IMG/VR virus record: IMGVR_UViG_3300045988_161245
Span: 96,001-160,000 of that record
DNA from: a virus
Strand: one strand, 5' to 3'
Length of the DNA stretch: 64,000 nucleotides
Below the pieces are notes generated by a model. The model was not told the origin of the DNA. It did not search any database and saw only the letters and a program-made list of their open reading frames with translations. Of this stretch, positions 36,332 through 47,016 are shown one piece after another (position 1 is the stretch's first letter; each line of letters starts with the position of its first letter). The position numbers and the translations under genes were made by a program.

Positions 36332-37510
36332 ATGAAAAAGAATTTGTTATTTGTTTTTCTTATGCTTTTTCTTATTTTTCAATTGCCGGTCAATACATAT
36401 GCTATTGATGCATCGTCAGTTATTGGAAAAAGAGTCCAAGTTGGTGATAATTGTTATGCATATGTAGAAGATTTAGGAAATCGAAAATACACACTGCATC
36501 TCGATGGATATGGAAATTTATATGAAAAATCCACATTATCAGAAGAAGCAAAAATGATTATTAATTTTGGATCATCTAAGGTCATAATTTCGAATGGGAT
36601 ATCTAAAATACCAGATAGATTTTTTAGTGCACTTGGACTTAATATTATAGAAAATCATTCATCAACATTACAAATTGGAAGTTTTAACTTTATATTTGGA
36701 AGTTCTCCACAAGTTGAATATTATTCATTACCTCAAGATTTTAATCTTGCAGACAACGTGTATCAAGTGACCAATTGTCCAGAAAGCTTTACTACATTTG
36801 TAGACATTAGAGAAAAGAAACAAATAAATTTTGAATATACAATGTACTTTTCTGATGTTGCAAAAAGTGTAATTGTTCGTGATGGAAATAAGGCAATTAC
36901 CAACTATATGTTTACAAGATGCCCTAATCTTTCTGAATGTACAATACCTGCATCTGTAACATATATAGATCCTAAAGCATTTGCAGACAAAAATAAAATT
37001 ACTATTCGTGGATATTCTGGATCATATGCAGAAAAATATGCAAAGAAAAATAAAATTAAATTTGTATCTATAGGAACAACTATTAACCAGAATAAAGTAT
37101 ATAAGGTTGGTGCTTACAATTATAAATTTAATTTAAGCAATAATACAGCAACACTTGTATCTTCTGCGTCTAAAAATATTAAAAAAGTTACTGTTCCAAA
37201 TAAAGTAACTTATGCTGGAAAAACATTTACAGTCACAAATATTGCAAAAAATGCATTTAAAAATTGTACTAAGCTAACAAAAGCTACCATTGGAAGTAAC
37301 GTTACTCAAATTGGAGCATCTGCATTTTATAAATGTAAAAAGCTTCAAACAATAAAAATAGGAACCACTAAATTAACAAAAATTGGATCAAAAGCATTTA
37401 ATACACAATCTTCTAAACTTACACTGAAGATTCCAAAATCAAAATCAACATATAAAAAATTGATTACAAAATCAAAAATATCAAAAACAGTAAAATTCAA
37501 ACTGTTTTAA
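36332..37510 (+). CDS. secreted BspA-type leucine-rich-repeat (LRR_5-like) protein
   Basis: Signal peptide MKKNLLFVFLMLFLIFQLPVNTYA. Repeats are of the type ..IAKNAFKNCTKLTKATIGSNVTQIGASAFYKCKKL.. Confidence 0.65.
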   Translation: MKKNLLFVFLMLFLIFQLPVNTYAIDASSVIGKRVQVGDNCYAYVEDLGNRKYTLHLDGYGNLYEKSTLSEEAKMIINFGSSKVIISNGISKIPDRFFSALGLNIIENHSSTLQIGSFNFIFGSSPQVEYYSLPQDFNLADNVYQVTNCPESFTTFVDIREKKQINFEYTMYFSDVAKSVIVRDGNKAITNYMFTRCPNLSECTIPASVTYIDPKAFADKNKITIRGYSGSYAEKYAKKNKIKFVSIGTTINQNKVYKVGAYNYKFNLSNNTATLVSSASKNIKKVTVPNKVTYAGKTFTVTNIAKNAFKNCTKLTKATIGSNVTQIGASAFYKCKKLQTIKIGTTKLTKIGSKAFNTQSSKLTLKIPKSKSTYKKLITKSKISKTVKFKLF

Positions 37511-37523
37511 ATAAAAATCATCT

Positions 37524-37556
37524 AAGAGCATTCCTGTTATAGGAATGCTCTTTTTA
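37524..37556 (+). terminator. intrinsic terminator
   Basis: 12-bp stem aagagcattcct/aggaatgctctt followed by a T-run. Confidence 0.7.
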
Positions 37557-37591
37557 TATTAAAAATTACGACAAAAAGGAGATTTTATACT

Positions 37592-38038
37592 ATGAAATTA
37601 ACAAACGCAACAATTTATGACATTATCGGAGCAGTTAACAAATTTAACAATGCGAAAGGTAAAACAGCTTTTATCCTCTTCCGTACTCTTCGCAAGCTTA
37701 ATGAAGAAATCAAAGATTGTGATGAACAGAAAAACAAGTTAATTCAGAAATATGGAAAAGAGGTTGAAGGAGGCGGTATCGCTATTCCTCGTGATGATGC
37801 AGAAGCAACTAAGAATTTTATGGAAGAGTTCACTCCTATCTTACTCTGTCCAATTGATGTTGATATTCCACAGCTCACCGAAGAGGAATTTAATGATTTG
37901 GAAAATGTTGATGCTCCTAATGCAGGACTAACAGACTTCGATATTATCTATACATTTCTTGTTAAAAAGCCAGAGTCAAAGAAAGAAGAAACAGAGAAAG
38001 TTGATGCAGAAGTTGTTGATGATAAAGCTGCAGAATAA
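37592..38038 (+). CDS. hypothetical protein (DUF1617-like?)
   Basis: RBS aaaggaga. The family guess is from memory only. Confidence 0.35.
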   Translation: MKLTNATIYDIIGAVNKFNNAKGKTAFILFRTLRKLNEEIKDCDEQKNKLIQKYGKEVEGGGIAIPRDDAEATKNFMEEFTPILLCPIDVDIPQLTEEEFNDLENVDAPNAGLTDFDIIYTFLVKKPESKKEETEKVDAEVVDDKAAE

Positions 38039-38052
38039 ATAAGGAGGTCCTT

Positions 38053-38667
38053 ATGGGCAACGTAATTGATATTGCTTGTTATGGATCTGATGGTATTACT
38101 AGAATAAATCATCTTACACAATGGGATAAAGGACAGACCATATGTTTTGAAACATTTGGTCTGACTTCTCCACCTGTGGTCCACTGGTGCAATAGAATGA
38201 GTGAAGAAGCACTTCAGGTTAAATCATCTTTGAAAAATAATAAATTTTATGTAGATGTCCCAAACTCATTGCTTCAAGAGCCATACCCTCTTATTGGATA
38301 TATTTATATATCTGAATCAAATAGCACTTCTGAAACAGTCGCACAGATTCGTATTCCACTAAAGCAAAGACAAAAGCCATCAGATTATTATTATATAAAT
38401 AATGTAGATTTTGTAGTCAGTTATCAGGTTGGTTCTTTTGAATTTACAACTGGATCTACAGCTGGCGCAAAAACTTATACTTTAACATTCCCAAATAAAT
38501 TCAAATCTATTCCAGTCGTATTTGCGACAACTAATCAAACAGATCCCCAAAACTATGCCGTTTCAATAACAAATAAAAGTCAAACTGGTGCCACTATTTG
38601 TATTTATAACAATGAAAATGGGGTTGATAAAAAACTGACAGTTAGTTGGATGGCTATTATTTCGTAA
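38053..38667 (+). CDS. tail-fibre-associated protein with lectin-like C-terminal domain
   Basis: The C-terminus ..FPNKFKSIPVVFATTNQ..AVSITNKSQTGATICIYN..VSWMAI follows the pattern of H-type-lectin/gp53-like domains. Confidence 0.4.
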   Translation: MGNVIDIACYGSDGITRINHLTQWDKGQTICFETFGLTSPPVVHWCNRMSEEALQVKSSLKNNKFYVDVPNSLLQEPYPLIGYIYISESNSTSETVAQIRIPLKQRQKPSDYYYINNVDFVVSYQVGSFEFTTGSTAGAKTYTLTFPNKFKSIPVVFATTNQTDPQNYAVSITNKSQTGATICIYNNENGVDKKLTVSWMAIIS

Positions 38668-38706
38668 ATTATATATTTGTTATTATTGTTAGAAAGGTGG
38701 TGTAAA

Positions 38707-39420
38707 ATGTACACTCTTAGAATTACAGATGACAATAATGTTATTACTACAGTAAAAGAAAGTCTGATGGAGAAAAGTAATTGCGTGAACTCTATCCAGA
38801 TTATTATTAATAAACTTTATAAAGAACAAATTGATATGACAGATACTACTGCTTATATGAAATATGTTCTTCCGGTTACAAAGAAAATTAAGATGACTCA
38901 GCTCATTGCAGATACAACAACTGATGAGAGTCATATTTTATATACTATCCCTGTGACAGCCAATATCTCTGCAGAACCAGGTGATATCGAGGTATCATTT
39001 ACTTTCTTAAAACTTGTTCATGATGAAGAATCTGATACTACCACTTCTTATGTTCGAAAAACTGAATCTGGACTTATCCACATTACAAAATTAGCACAGT
39101 TTGATAGTTATGAACCAAGTGAAATGTTAACTGAACTTGACCAGAGAATTCTTGCACTTATGGCAACTGCTGAAGATATTAAGAAACTTGGTCAGGCAAC
39201 TTATGACAATATGCCAATTGATATGAAACTTGATTCAGAAGCAAAGAAACTGACTCTTGTAAACGCTAATGGAAATACAGGTGATGGTGTTGGGATTGCA
39301 GACCTTTCAGACTCTATTGCAAAAGAACTTACAGGTACAGATCCAGATGGCACTCAAGATGGTATTACACATATTGACAAAGTTACAGGCGTACAGAGCC
39401 TTGATGAATTATTAAAATAA
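38707..39420 (+). CDS. hypothetical virion protein
   Basis: SD aaaggtggtg lies before ATG 38707. Confidence 0.35.
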   Translation: MYTLRITDDNNVITTVKESLMEKSNCVNSIQIIINKLYKEQIDMTDTTAYMKYVLPVTKKIKMTQLIADTTTDESHILYTIPVTANISAEPGDIEVSFTFLKLVHDEESDTTTSYVRKTESGLIHITKLAQFDSYEPSEMLTELDQRILALMATAEDIKKLGQATYDNMPIDMKLDSEAKKLTLVNANGNTGDGVGIADLSDSIAKELTGTDPDGTQDGITHIDKVTGVQSLDELLK

Positions 39421-39436
39421 AAGATGGAGGGAGAAC

Positions 39437-42400
39437 ATGTCATTTAAAGATTCAAAAGCACAAATATTGGCTAATTCAGCTTCCGATGATAGTGATATCT
39501 CTACCATAAAGGCTGATTTAGCCACTACTGCTGTTGTTGACGATGGATATGTATTATGCACAGATGGACGATATGTTATCTATGATGAATACTATGATAA
39601 TTCATATTCAACAGTGGATAAATTAAAAAATGTAACAGTAGACTCTTCACAGATCAATATTGTTCAAGAAACAAATAGTCAGTATATTCCATTCCGTATT
39701 CCGAGGTATTGGGATGGTATTGACCTGATGAAGATGCTGATTCAAATCAGATACGAAAATGTATCTACTAAAAAAGGACAAGTATCTACAGCTGTAAATG
39801 TTGCATCAAGTACAACAAATATTACGTTTGGTTGGTTAGTTGATCAGAATGTTACTGCTATCGCCGGTGATGTCAGATTTGAAATTATGGCAACCGGAAC
39901 AAATGAAAAAGGCAATACATATGTTTGGAGAACAAGACCAAATGGTAGACTTACTGTTCTTGAAGGGTTAAATTATGACGGTATTATTGAACCGTCTAAG
40001 GATTGGTACACAGGATTTGTAGCAACCATAATGGGACATGTTGATGAAGCTAAGAAATATGCTGATCAGGCAAAAGCCTCTGCAGAATCCGTAGATGTTA
40101 ATACTATTAAGGCGGACGTAAAAAAATCTGTAACAGTAGATGTGAACGCAAATCTTGCAGAAAATTATTATAACAAAACAGAGATTGATACTAAGGTTAA
40201 AACACTCAATGATGCAATCAGTAATATTGATAGCTTAAAAAATCTTAAGGTCGAATATGATAACACAACTGGAAGACTTGTATTTAAAGATGGTACTGTT
40301 ATTCTGACAACTATCACAATTAACAGTTTATCAAACTTAAATGTTACTTATGCCGTTGAAGGCGGTAAGGGTAAGCTTACTTTTAAAAATGGCGAAACAG
40401 AAATTCAGTCTGTGGAACTTAGCTCTATTGAACCGTCTGCACAGTGGACAGCTGCTCTAAAAGAGGAAATTAATACAGGAGTTGATACAAAAATCAGTCC
40501 TGTATCAGAAAAGGTAAACGCTGTGGAATCTTCAGTAACTGACCTTTCTAAAAAGGTTGAAACAAATACTTCTGATATTACAGCGTTAAAAACAAAGACA
40601 ACAGAACTTGAAAAAGCCGATGAAGTAATTCGTTCTACTGCTTCTGAGGCAAAAAATACAGCGGATATTTTAAAGCAGAATATTGCCGACTATGATTCGC
40701 AGTTTAACACGATCAACGGTGACATTACCAATATTCAGTCTGATATTGATGAAATTAAAAAGAATCCAGCTGCATCTGAGTATGATGTAGATTATGTTGG
40801 TAGTACATTTAGTTGGATGAAAAATGGAGAAGTTCTTAAAACATTTACAATCCAAAGCGGAGGTGGTGGCGGATCTGATACTTCAACTATCACGATTGAA
40901 CGTGTAACCCCTGCAGATGCAATCTTCTTACTTGGAGATAAAGCAGAAATCGAATACACATTTAGCTCTGTTGATAATACTGGCGATACAACTGGTGATG
41001 GTACAGCAATTTGGAAAGTTGGAAATACAATTGTATCAACAACCACTGCTTCTCAGGGAACAAATAAGGTTGATTTAACAGAGTATTTATCAGTAGGCTC
41101 TAATCAGATTAGAGTTAGTATCACGGATAGCTTTGGAACAATGTCATATAAAACTTGGACTGTTACTATTGTAGAATTTAAGCTTGAAAGTACATTTGAT
41201 GATACACTGATTTACACTGATACAGACGTAGTATTTAGATATACACCTTATGGTAATGTAAATAAGACCATTCATTTTATCTTGGATGGACAGGAATTAG
41301 AATCCGTAACAACACAGGCTTCCGGTCGTATTATATCATACAATATTCCAAAACAGGAACATGGTGCTCATTTCCTTAAAGTATATATGACAGCAACAGT
41401 AAATAATAAAGATATTACTTCTTCTACTATTTACAAGGATATTGTGTGTGTTGATCCGGCAAACAGAACTCCTATTATCGGATGCTCACAGCAAGAATTT
41501 ACTGCAAAACAATATCAGGCTACAAGTATTAAATATGTTGTTTATGACCCAGCTCATAATCCTGCTACCGTTAAGTTGTCTATTGATGGAAAAACAGTTT
41601 CTACATTAACTGTAGATAGAACCGCACAAATTTGGAGTTTCAAGTCTTCTGAAATTGGTCAGAAAAATCTTACTATCTCATGTCAGAAAATCACAAAAAT
41701 TCTTACCGCACATATTGAAAAACTTGATATAGATGTAAATCCAATTACTGCAAATCTTGCGTTCGACTTTAATCCAGTTGGTTTATCTAATGGTGATGAA
41801 AATAGACTTTGGAGTGATAAAAATCATCCAGAAGTTGCTTTAACTGTATCAGATAATTTTGACTGGACGAATGGTGGTTATCAGATTGACGATGAAGGAA
41901 ATCAGTATTTCTGCGTAAAAGCAAGTACTACTGCTTCTATTAGTTATAATCTGTTTGCCAAAGACCCAAAACAAACTGGTGCTGAATTTAAGATTATTTT
42001 CAAAACTAAAAATGTAAGAAATGCTTCTGCCACTTTCTTGTCATGTCTCGATGGATTGGCAGATTCTAACATTGGACTTGAAATGAAAGTACATGAGGCA
42101 AACATTTATACTTCTACAGACGATCTTTATTTCCCATATTCCGAAGAAGATATTATTGAGTATGAATATAATATTAACTCAATTGATACCAAGAATACAA
42201 CAGCAACATCTATTATCATGACGTATGAAGATGGTGTTGGTGGAAGACCTATTATTTATGATAATTCACATAGATTACATCAGTACACTCCTGCTCCAAT
42301 TTCTATTGGATCTCCAGATTGTGATGTATTAATTTATAGGATGAAAGCCTATAGTGCAGCATTAACTGATTCTGATGTTTTATCTAACTTTATTGCAGAC

Positions 42401-45400
42401 GCTAGAGATTCTGATGATATGATTGATAGATATAATCGAAATCAGATTTATAACGAAAACAATGCTCTTACACCGGATTCGGTTGCAAAAGCATGTCCAG
42501 ACTTAAGAGTTATTAAGATTGAAGCACCACATTTTACAAATGATAAGAAGGATTTTGTGCTAAATACTTCCATGGAATGTGTTTATGTAAATGGCGATCC
42601 AAAATTTGATAACTGGAAATTTACTAACGCCTGTCACGCTGGACAGGGCACTACCTCTAATGAATATGGTTTTGCAGCAAGAAACATTGATGTTATTTGC
42701 TGTTTTGATGGAATTCATAAGGTAAATAGTAAAATTGATCTTGATCCAAATTATAAAACAAAACTTGTTCTTGGCGATGGAACCGAATATACAGAGGGTG
42801 ATGGTAAGATATCTCTTACTCGAAACTCCGTTCCTAATAACTGGCTGAATTTTAAAGTAAATGTGGCTTCTTCTGAAATGGCAAATAACGCACTTCTTCA
42901 GAAAAGATATAATGATTATCTGCCATATTCTACTCCTGCATCTCGTAGGGATAAAAAGATTAAAAACTCAATGGAGTTTGTAAACTGTATTATTTTTGTA
43001 AAAGAGAGTGATCCGGATATTTCTACTCATAGAGAGTTTAATGATACAGAATGGCACTTCTACTCTCTTGCCAATATGGGTGATTCAAAAAAAACTGATG
43101 TAACAAGAGCTTATGATCCAGATGATATGAACGAATGCTGTATTGAAATTAGCGATAATACACTTCCAAACTCTGTATTCCAAACCGGTGTAACAAATTC
43201 AGATGGTTCAATGAAATATCCTATTTCTAAAGATGAATGGAAAGCTGGTAATACAGCATACGACAATCTTTATAATAACTGGGATGGATCATTTGAATTT
43301 AGATATGACTGTTGTGGAGATTCAAAGGATGGTTCTGCGATTTCTAGTGATGAAGCAAAAGAAAAGATTCGTAAACAAAATAAACAAAATTGGAGAGACT
43401 TCTATGAATTTGTAATTACATCTTCTAATGAAGATTTTGTAGCTCATTTAGGCGATTGGTGCATTGTCAATTCGGTGTTGTATTTATACCTCTTCACACT
43501 TAGATATACAATGATTGACAATCGTTCAAAAAATGTATTCCCACATTGGGCAAAACATTATATTAGCAATGAAGAAGCTTCTACCCTTGGTGATAAAGCT
43601 AAGTATTACACTATAGATGATACGGCAGCTGCCATCCACAATGGATATAGATATGACTTGTGGGATTACGACAACGACACAGGACTTGGAATTAATAACA
43701 GCGGTGAGCTTACTATGTCTTACGGTAAAGAAGATACCGATTACAAAACAGATGGTGATCCAAGCTCTGGATACATCTTTAACGCTGCAGAATCTGTATT
43801 ATGGTGTAGAATTCGTGATTTAATGCCGAAGCAACTTGCATCCTTATATCAGTCTGTAGATTCAAACTGTTGGAGTGATACTCATCTCATTAATGAGTTC
43901 GATGCTTGGCAGAATCAATTTCCAGAGGAATTATGGAGACTTCATTACGAAAGATTATATATTCGTACATATCAAGGTGTTATCTTTCCAGGAAAAACTG
44001 AAGTAACAAAGTCAGACAGATTCCTTAAAGAAATGATGAACGGACGTAAAAAATATCAGCGTAGACAGTGGGAACGTGATCAACATGCGTATATGGGAAC
44101 AAAATTCCTTCACACTGATATTAAGTCTGACCAGATTATGTTCCGTTGTAATACTCCTAAAACAGCTGTTGTAAAACCAGATTATACATTAAGAATTGTT
44201 CCATACTCAGACATGTATATTTCTGTACTTTACGGTAATTCACCGGAAACAACTCAGATTCGTGCAAAAGCTGGACAGGAATATGAAATTACAACTAACT
44301 TAATTAATATGGATGATACTGCTATCCTTATTTATTGTGCGTCAAGGATTCAGGCATTGAATGATTTATCTGCTTGTTATATCCACGATAATGACTTCTC
44401 TAAGGCATCAAAGCTTAAAACTCTTATCATTGGCAACGAAACAAGTGGCTATCAGAATACGTTCTTAACCACTCTTAATATGGGTAACAATACACTTCTT
44501 GAAACTCTTAATATTAAGAATTGTCCAAACTTAACAGGATCTGTAAATCTTTCTGCATGTGAGAATCTTATTAATCTTTACGCACAGAATACTGCTATTA
44601 CTTCTTTCCTGCTTGCTAATCACGGTAAGATTAAGAATGCATATTTACCTGCAACAATTAATACTCTTACGTTTAAAAATCTGAAAGACCTTACAAATCT
44701 TAATGTAGCATCTTATGATAATCTGCAGACATTTGTTTGCCAGAATTCTATTGTGGATGCACTTGAAATTATAAAAACTGCTATTTCAACACTTAAGACC
44801 GTAAGTATCACAGGTATTGACTGGAATCTTGAGAACACCGATCTCTTAAAGAAATTAGCTAAACTTGGTGGTATTGACGAAAATGGTATTACCATTGACC
44901 AGTCTGTATTAACAGGAACTATTCACATTCCAGTTATGCGTCAACAGGAGTATAAAGACTTTGTTGGAACTGATGACGAGCCAGGTATCTGGACAAATCT
45001 TACAATCACATACGATTCTATGATTGCACAGTTTAAAGTTTCATTCTTAAATGACGATTCAAACAAAACTGTGTTAGATATTCAGTATGTTGACAAAGGC
45101 TCATGCGCTGTAGATCCTACAACTCGTCAGGATGATCCTATAGCTATACCTATAAAACAAAGTACCATTGAAAATGATTTTACATTTAAGGGTTGGGACA
45201 CTATTCTCTCAGATAAAATCTTTGCGGATAGAGTTATCAATGCAGTTTATACAAGTACAATCAGAAATTATACCGTAAAGTATAACTCTAAAGGTTTAAC
45301 CTTACAGGAAACTGTAGCCCCATATGGAACTTATGTTAAATACGAGGGTGATACTCCTGTATACACAGCCGAGGAAGCTGCCTATAAATACAATTTATTT

Positions 45401-46708
45401 AAAGGATGGGACCAGTCCGGATATGTAAACGGTGATAAAACTGTAAACGCAGTGTTTGACACCTGTGAATATGTAGACGGATACTTCAATGATAAAGATC
45501 TCAAAGACCTGTCTCAGGTTGAGTTATATGCAATGATGAAAATGGGACTTGAGCAGAAAGTTCTGTCACTGAAAGACTCATTTGATTTTACACTTGGAGT
45601 TGACTTCCATTACAACGATATTGAGGAAGAAGAATTAATCTCTTCCACAACAGTATTTGACGGAACAAACCATATTGATACTGGAATCTCTATTATGGAT
45701 AAGGATAAGGATTTCACATTTGCGATTGACTTTGAATTTGATAACGAGAACGCAACAGGTGCTACTCTGGCACAATGCTTCCAGGGAGATGGTTCTAACG
45801 GATTCCGCTTATGGTATAGCCAGAGTTACAAATTATCATGGGGAACTGATAGTGCGAATGCATCAAGCTCCGGTGGACGTGAAATTATTGTAATTCGTCA
45901 TAAGGCAGGAAGTCAAAAGCTCTATGTATACAATTCTAATATGTCTGGAAATGCAATCTCTACTGCTACTCTTCAGGCAATCCGTATTCCCGAAATCACA
46001 TCAACTCTTGTTTTTGGATGCTCAAAGGCAGATGATGGTGCTTATGAAAACTATGCAAAAGGCAAGATCCACTGGTGCAAACTGTGGTATTCAGACCTTG
46101 GTGAAGAACAATGTTCTGACATTGCAGCATGGATTCATGAAACAATTCCAATGGAAGTAGCTAAATTTAAAGCATACTACTTATCAGATGTCGCTTCTAA
46201 GAGAGCAAATGTAACATTTATTGCTTCAAATCTTCTTGGTTCTAAGAAAGCTTATAGTAACAAGTCTACAAATACCGGTGGATGGGCAGAATCTACGCTT
46301 AATACGTGGATGAACACTCGTATAACGAAAGCTATACCACCACTCTGGAAAGCACTGATTAAGCCTGTTAAAGTTAGTTCTTCTACTGGAAATAAATCGA
46401 ATACAATATCAACATCTAATTGTCGTTTTTATGTACCAGCACTATATGACATTGATGCTTCTGCAGGAAGTGATCCGTATAGTTCTGAAACAAATGCAAC
46501 AATTCAATATTATGTTGATAACGATTCAAGAAAGAAGGCAAGAACTTCAAGTCCAGATGTTTATGAGTCTTACTGGACTAGATCACCAAATGCTCAGGTA
46601 TCTAACTGGGTTTACTCTGTAAGTGAGCAGGGTGATACATATGGATATTCTTATCCTGGACAGGAAAATGGAGTTCTTCTTATGTTTAGCATAACTTGTG
46701 AGGGGTAG
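39437..46708 (+). CDS. giant multidomain receptor-binding/adhesin-like protein (2423 aa)
   Basis: SD ggaggga. Domains recognised by eye are as follows. CotH-like motifs (IDNRSKNVFPHW, LWDYDNDTGLG) at about 42.6-44.0 kb. LRRs at about 44.4-44.8 kb. InlB B-repeat-like units (FKGWD) at about 45.0-45.5 kb. A LamG-like region. A C-terminus YWTRSP that is DUF6273-like. Confidence 0.55.
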   Translation: MSFKDSKAQILANSASDDSDISTIKADLATTAVVDDGYVLCTDGRYVIYDEYYDNSYSTVDKLKNVTVDSSQINIVQETNSQYIPFRIPRYWDGIDLMKMLIQIRYENVSTKKGQVSTAVNVASSTTNITFGWLVDQNVTAIAGDVRFEIMATGTNEKGNTYVWRTRPNGRLTVLEGLNYDGIIEPSKDWYTGFVATIMGHVDEAKKYADQAKASAESVDVNTIKADVKKSVTVDVNANLAENYYNKTEIDTKVKTLNDAISNIDSLKNLKVEYDNTTGRLVFKDGTVILTTITINSLSNLNVTYAVEGGKGKLTFKNGETEIQSVELSSIEPSAQWTAALKEEINTGVDTKISPVSEKVNAVESSVTDLSKKVETNTSDITALKTKTTELEKADEVIRSTASEAKNTADILKQNIADYDSQFNTINGDITNIQSDIDEIKKNPAASEYDVDYVGSTFSWMKNGEVLKTFTIQSGGGGGSDTSTITIERVTPADAIFLLGDKAEIEYTFSSVDNTGDTTGDGTAIWKVGNTIVSTTTASQGTNKVDLTEYLSVGSNQIRVSITDSFGTMSYKTWTVTIVEFKLESTFDDTLIYTDTDVVFRYTPYGNVNKTIHFILDGQELESVTTQASGRIISYNIPKQEHGAHFLKVYMTATVNNKDITSSTIYKDIVCVDPANRTPIIGCSQQEFTAKQYQATSIKYVVYDPAHNPATVKLSIDGKTVSTLTVDRTAQIWSFKSSEIGQKNLTISCQKITKILTAHIEKLDIDVNPITANLAFDFNPVGLSNGDENRLWSDKNHPEVALTVSDNFDWTNGGYQIDDEGNQYFCVKASTTASISYNLFAKDPKQTGAEFKIIFKTKNVRNASATFLSCLDGLADSNIGLEMKVHEANIYTSTDDLYFPYSEEDIIEYEYNINSIDTKNTTATSIIMTYEDGVGGRPIIYDNSHRLHQYTPAPISIGSPDCDVLIYRMKAYSAALTDSDVLSNFIADARDSDDMIDRYNRNQIYNENNALTPDSVAKACPDLRVIKIEAPHFTNDKKDFVLNTSMECVYVNGDPKFDNWKFTNACHAGQGTTSNEYGFAARNIDVICCFDGIHKVNSKIDLDPNYKTKLVLGDGTEYTEGDGKISLTRNSVPNNWLNFKVNVASSEMANNALLQKRYNDYLPYSTPASRRDKKIKNSMEFVNCIIFVKESDPDISTHREFNDTEWHFYSLANMGDSKKTDVTRAYDPDDMNECCIEISDNTLPNSVFQTGVTNSDGSMKYPISKDEWKAGNTAYDNLYNNWDGSFEFRYDCCGDSKDGSAISSDEAKEKIRKQNKQNWRDFYEFVITSSNEDFVAHLGDWCIVNSVLYLYLFTLRYTMIDNRSKNVFPHWAKHYISNEEASTLGDKAKYYTIDDTAAAIHNGYRYDLWDYDNDTGLGINNSGELTMSYGKEDTDYKTDGDPSSGYIFNAAESVLWCRIRDLMPKQLASLYQSVDSNCWSDTHLINEFDAWQNQFPEELWRLHYERLYIRTYQGVIFPGKTEVTKSDRFLKEMMNGRKKYQRRQWERDQHAYMGTKFLHTDIKSDQIMFRCNTPKTAVVKPDYTLRIVPYSDMYISVLYGNSPETTQIRAKAGQEYEITTNLINMDDTAILIYCASRIQALNDLSACYIHDNDFSKASKLKTLIIGNETSGYQNTFLTTLNMGNNTLLETLNIKNCPNLTGSVNLSACENLINLYAQNTAITSFLLANHGKIKNAYLPATINTLTFKNLKDLTNLNVASYDNLQTFVCQNSIVDALEIIKTAISTLKTVSITGIDWNLENTDLLKKLAKLGGIDENGITIDQSVLTGTIHIPVMRQQEYKDFVGTDDEPGIWTNLTITYDSMIAQFKVSFLNDDSNKTVLDIQYVDKGSCAVDPTTRQDDPIAIPIKQSTIENDFTFKGWDTILSDKIFADRVINAVYTSTIRNYTVKYNSKGLTLQETVAPYGTYVKYEGDTPVYTAEEAAYKYNLFKGWDQSGYVNGDKTVNAVFDTCEYVDGYFNDKDLKDLSQVELYAMMKMGLEQKVLSLKDSFDFTLGVDFHYNDIEEEELISSTTVFDGTNHIDTGISIMDKDKDFTFAIDFEFDNENATGATLAQCFQGDGSNGFRLWYSQSYKLSWGTDSANASSSGGREIIVIRHKAGSQKLYVYNSNMSGNAISTATLQAIRIPEITSTLVFGCSKADDGAYENYAKGKIHWCKLWYSDLGEEQCSDIAAWIHETIPMEVAKFKAYYLSDVASKRANVTFIASNLLGSKKAYSNKSTNTGGWAESTLNTWMNTRITKAIPPLWKALIKPVKVSSSTGNKSNTISTSNCRFYVPALYDIDASAGSDPYSSETNATIQYYVDNDSRKKARTSSPDVYESYWTRSPNAQVSNWVYSVSEQGDTYGYSYPGQENGVLLMFSITCEG

Positions 46709-46748
46709 GACAATCTACCTCTCTTTTTAACGAAGGGAGCCAACTCAC

Positions 46749-47015
46749 ATGTATTACAAAGTAACTAATTCAATGACACAAGATATTGTGGATGTCATTA
46801 AGAAAATTCACTATATACAGTACCAAGAGAAACATAAAATACTGATTTTATGTGACATCAAAATTGCACAGGCTATATTGTCTTCTGACGGTAAAAAAGG
46901 CTGGCATATTGAAGGGCTGTATAATTTCCCACTTGATAACACAATATACGAAATTGATCCTATTTCACGATTAGAATACGAAGAAATAGACGCAAAATTA
47001 CACGAGGTAGATTAA
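46749..47015 (+). CDS. hypothetical protein
   Basis: ORF with RBS gaagggag. Confidence 0.35.
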   Translation: MYYKVTNSMTQDIVDVIKKIHYIQYQEKHKILILCDIKIAQAILSSDGKKGWHIEGLYNFPLDNTIYEIDPISRLEYEEIDAKLHEVD

Positions 47016-47016
47016 C

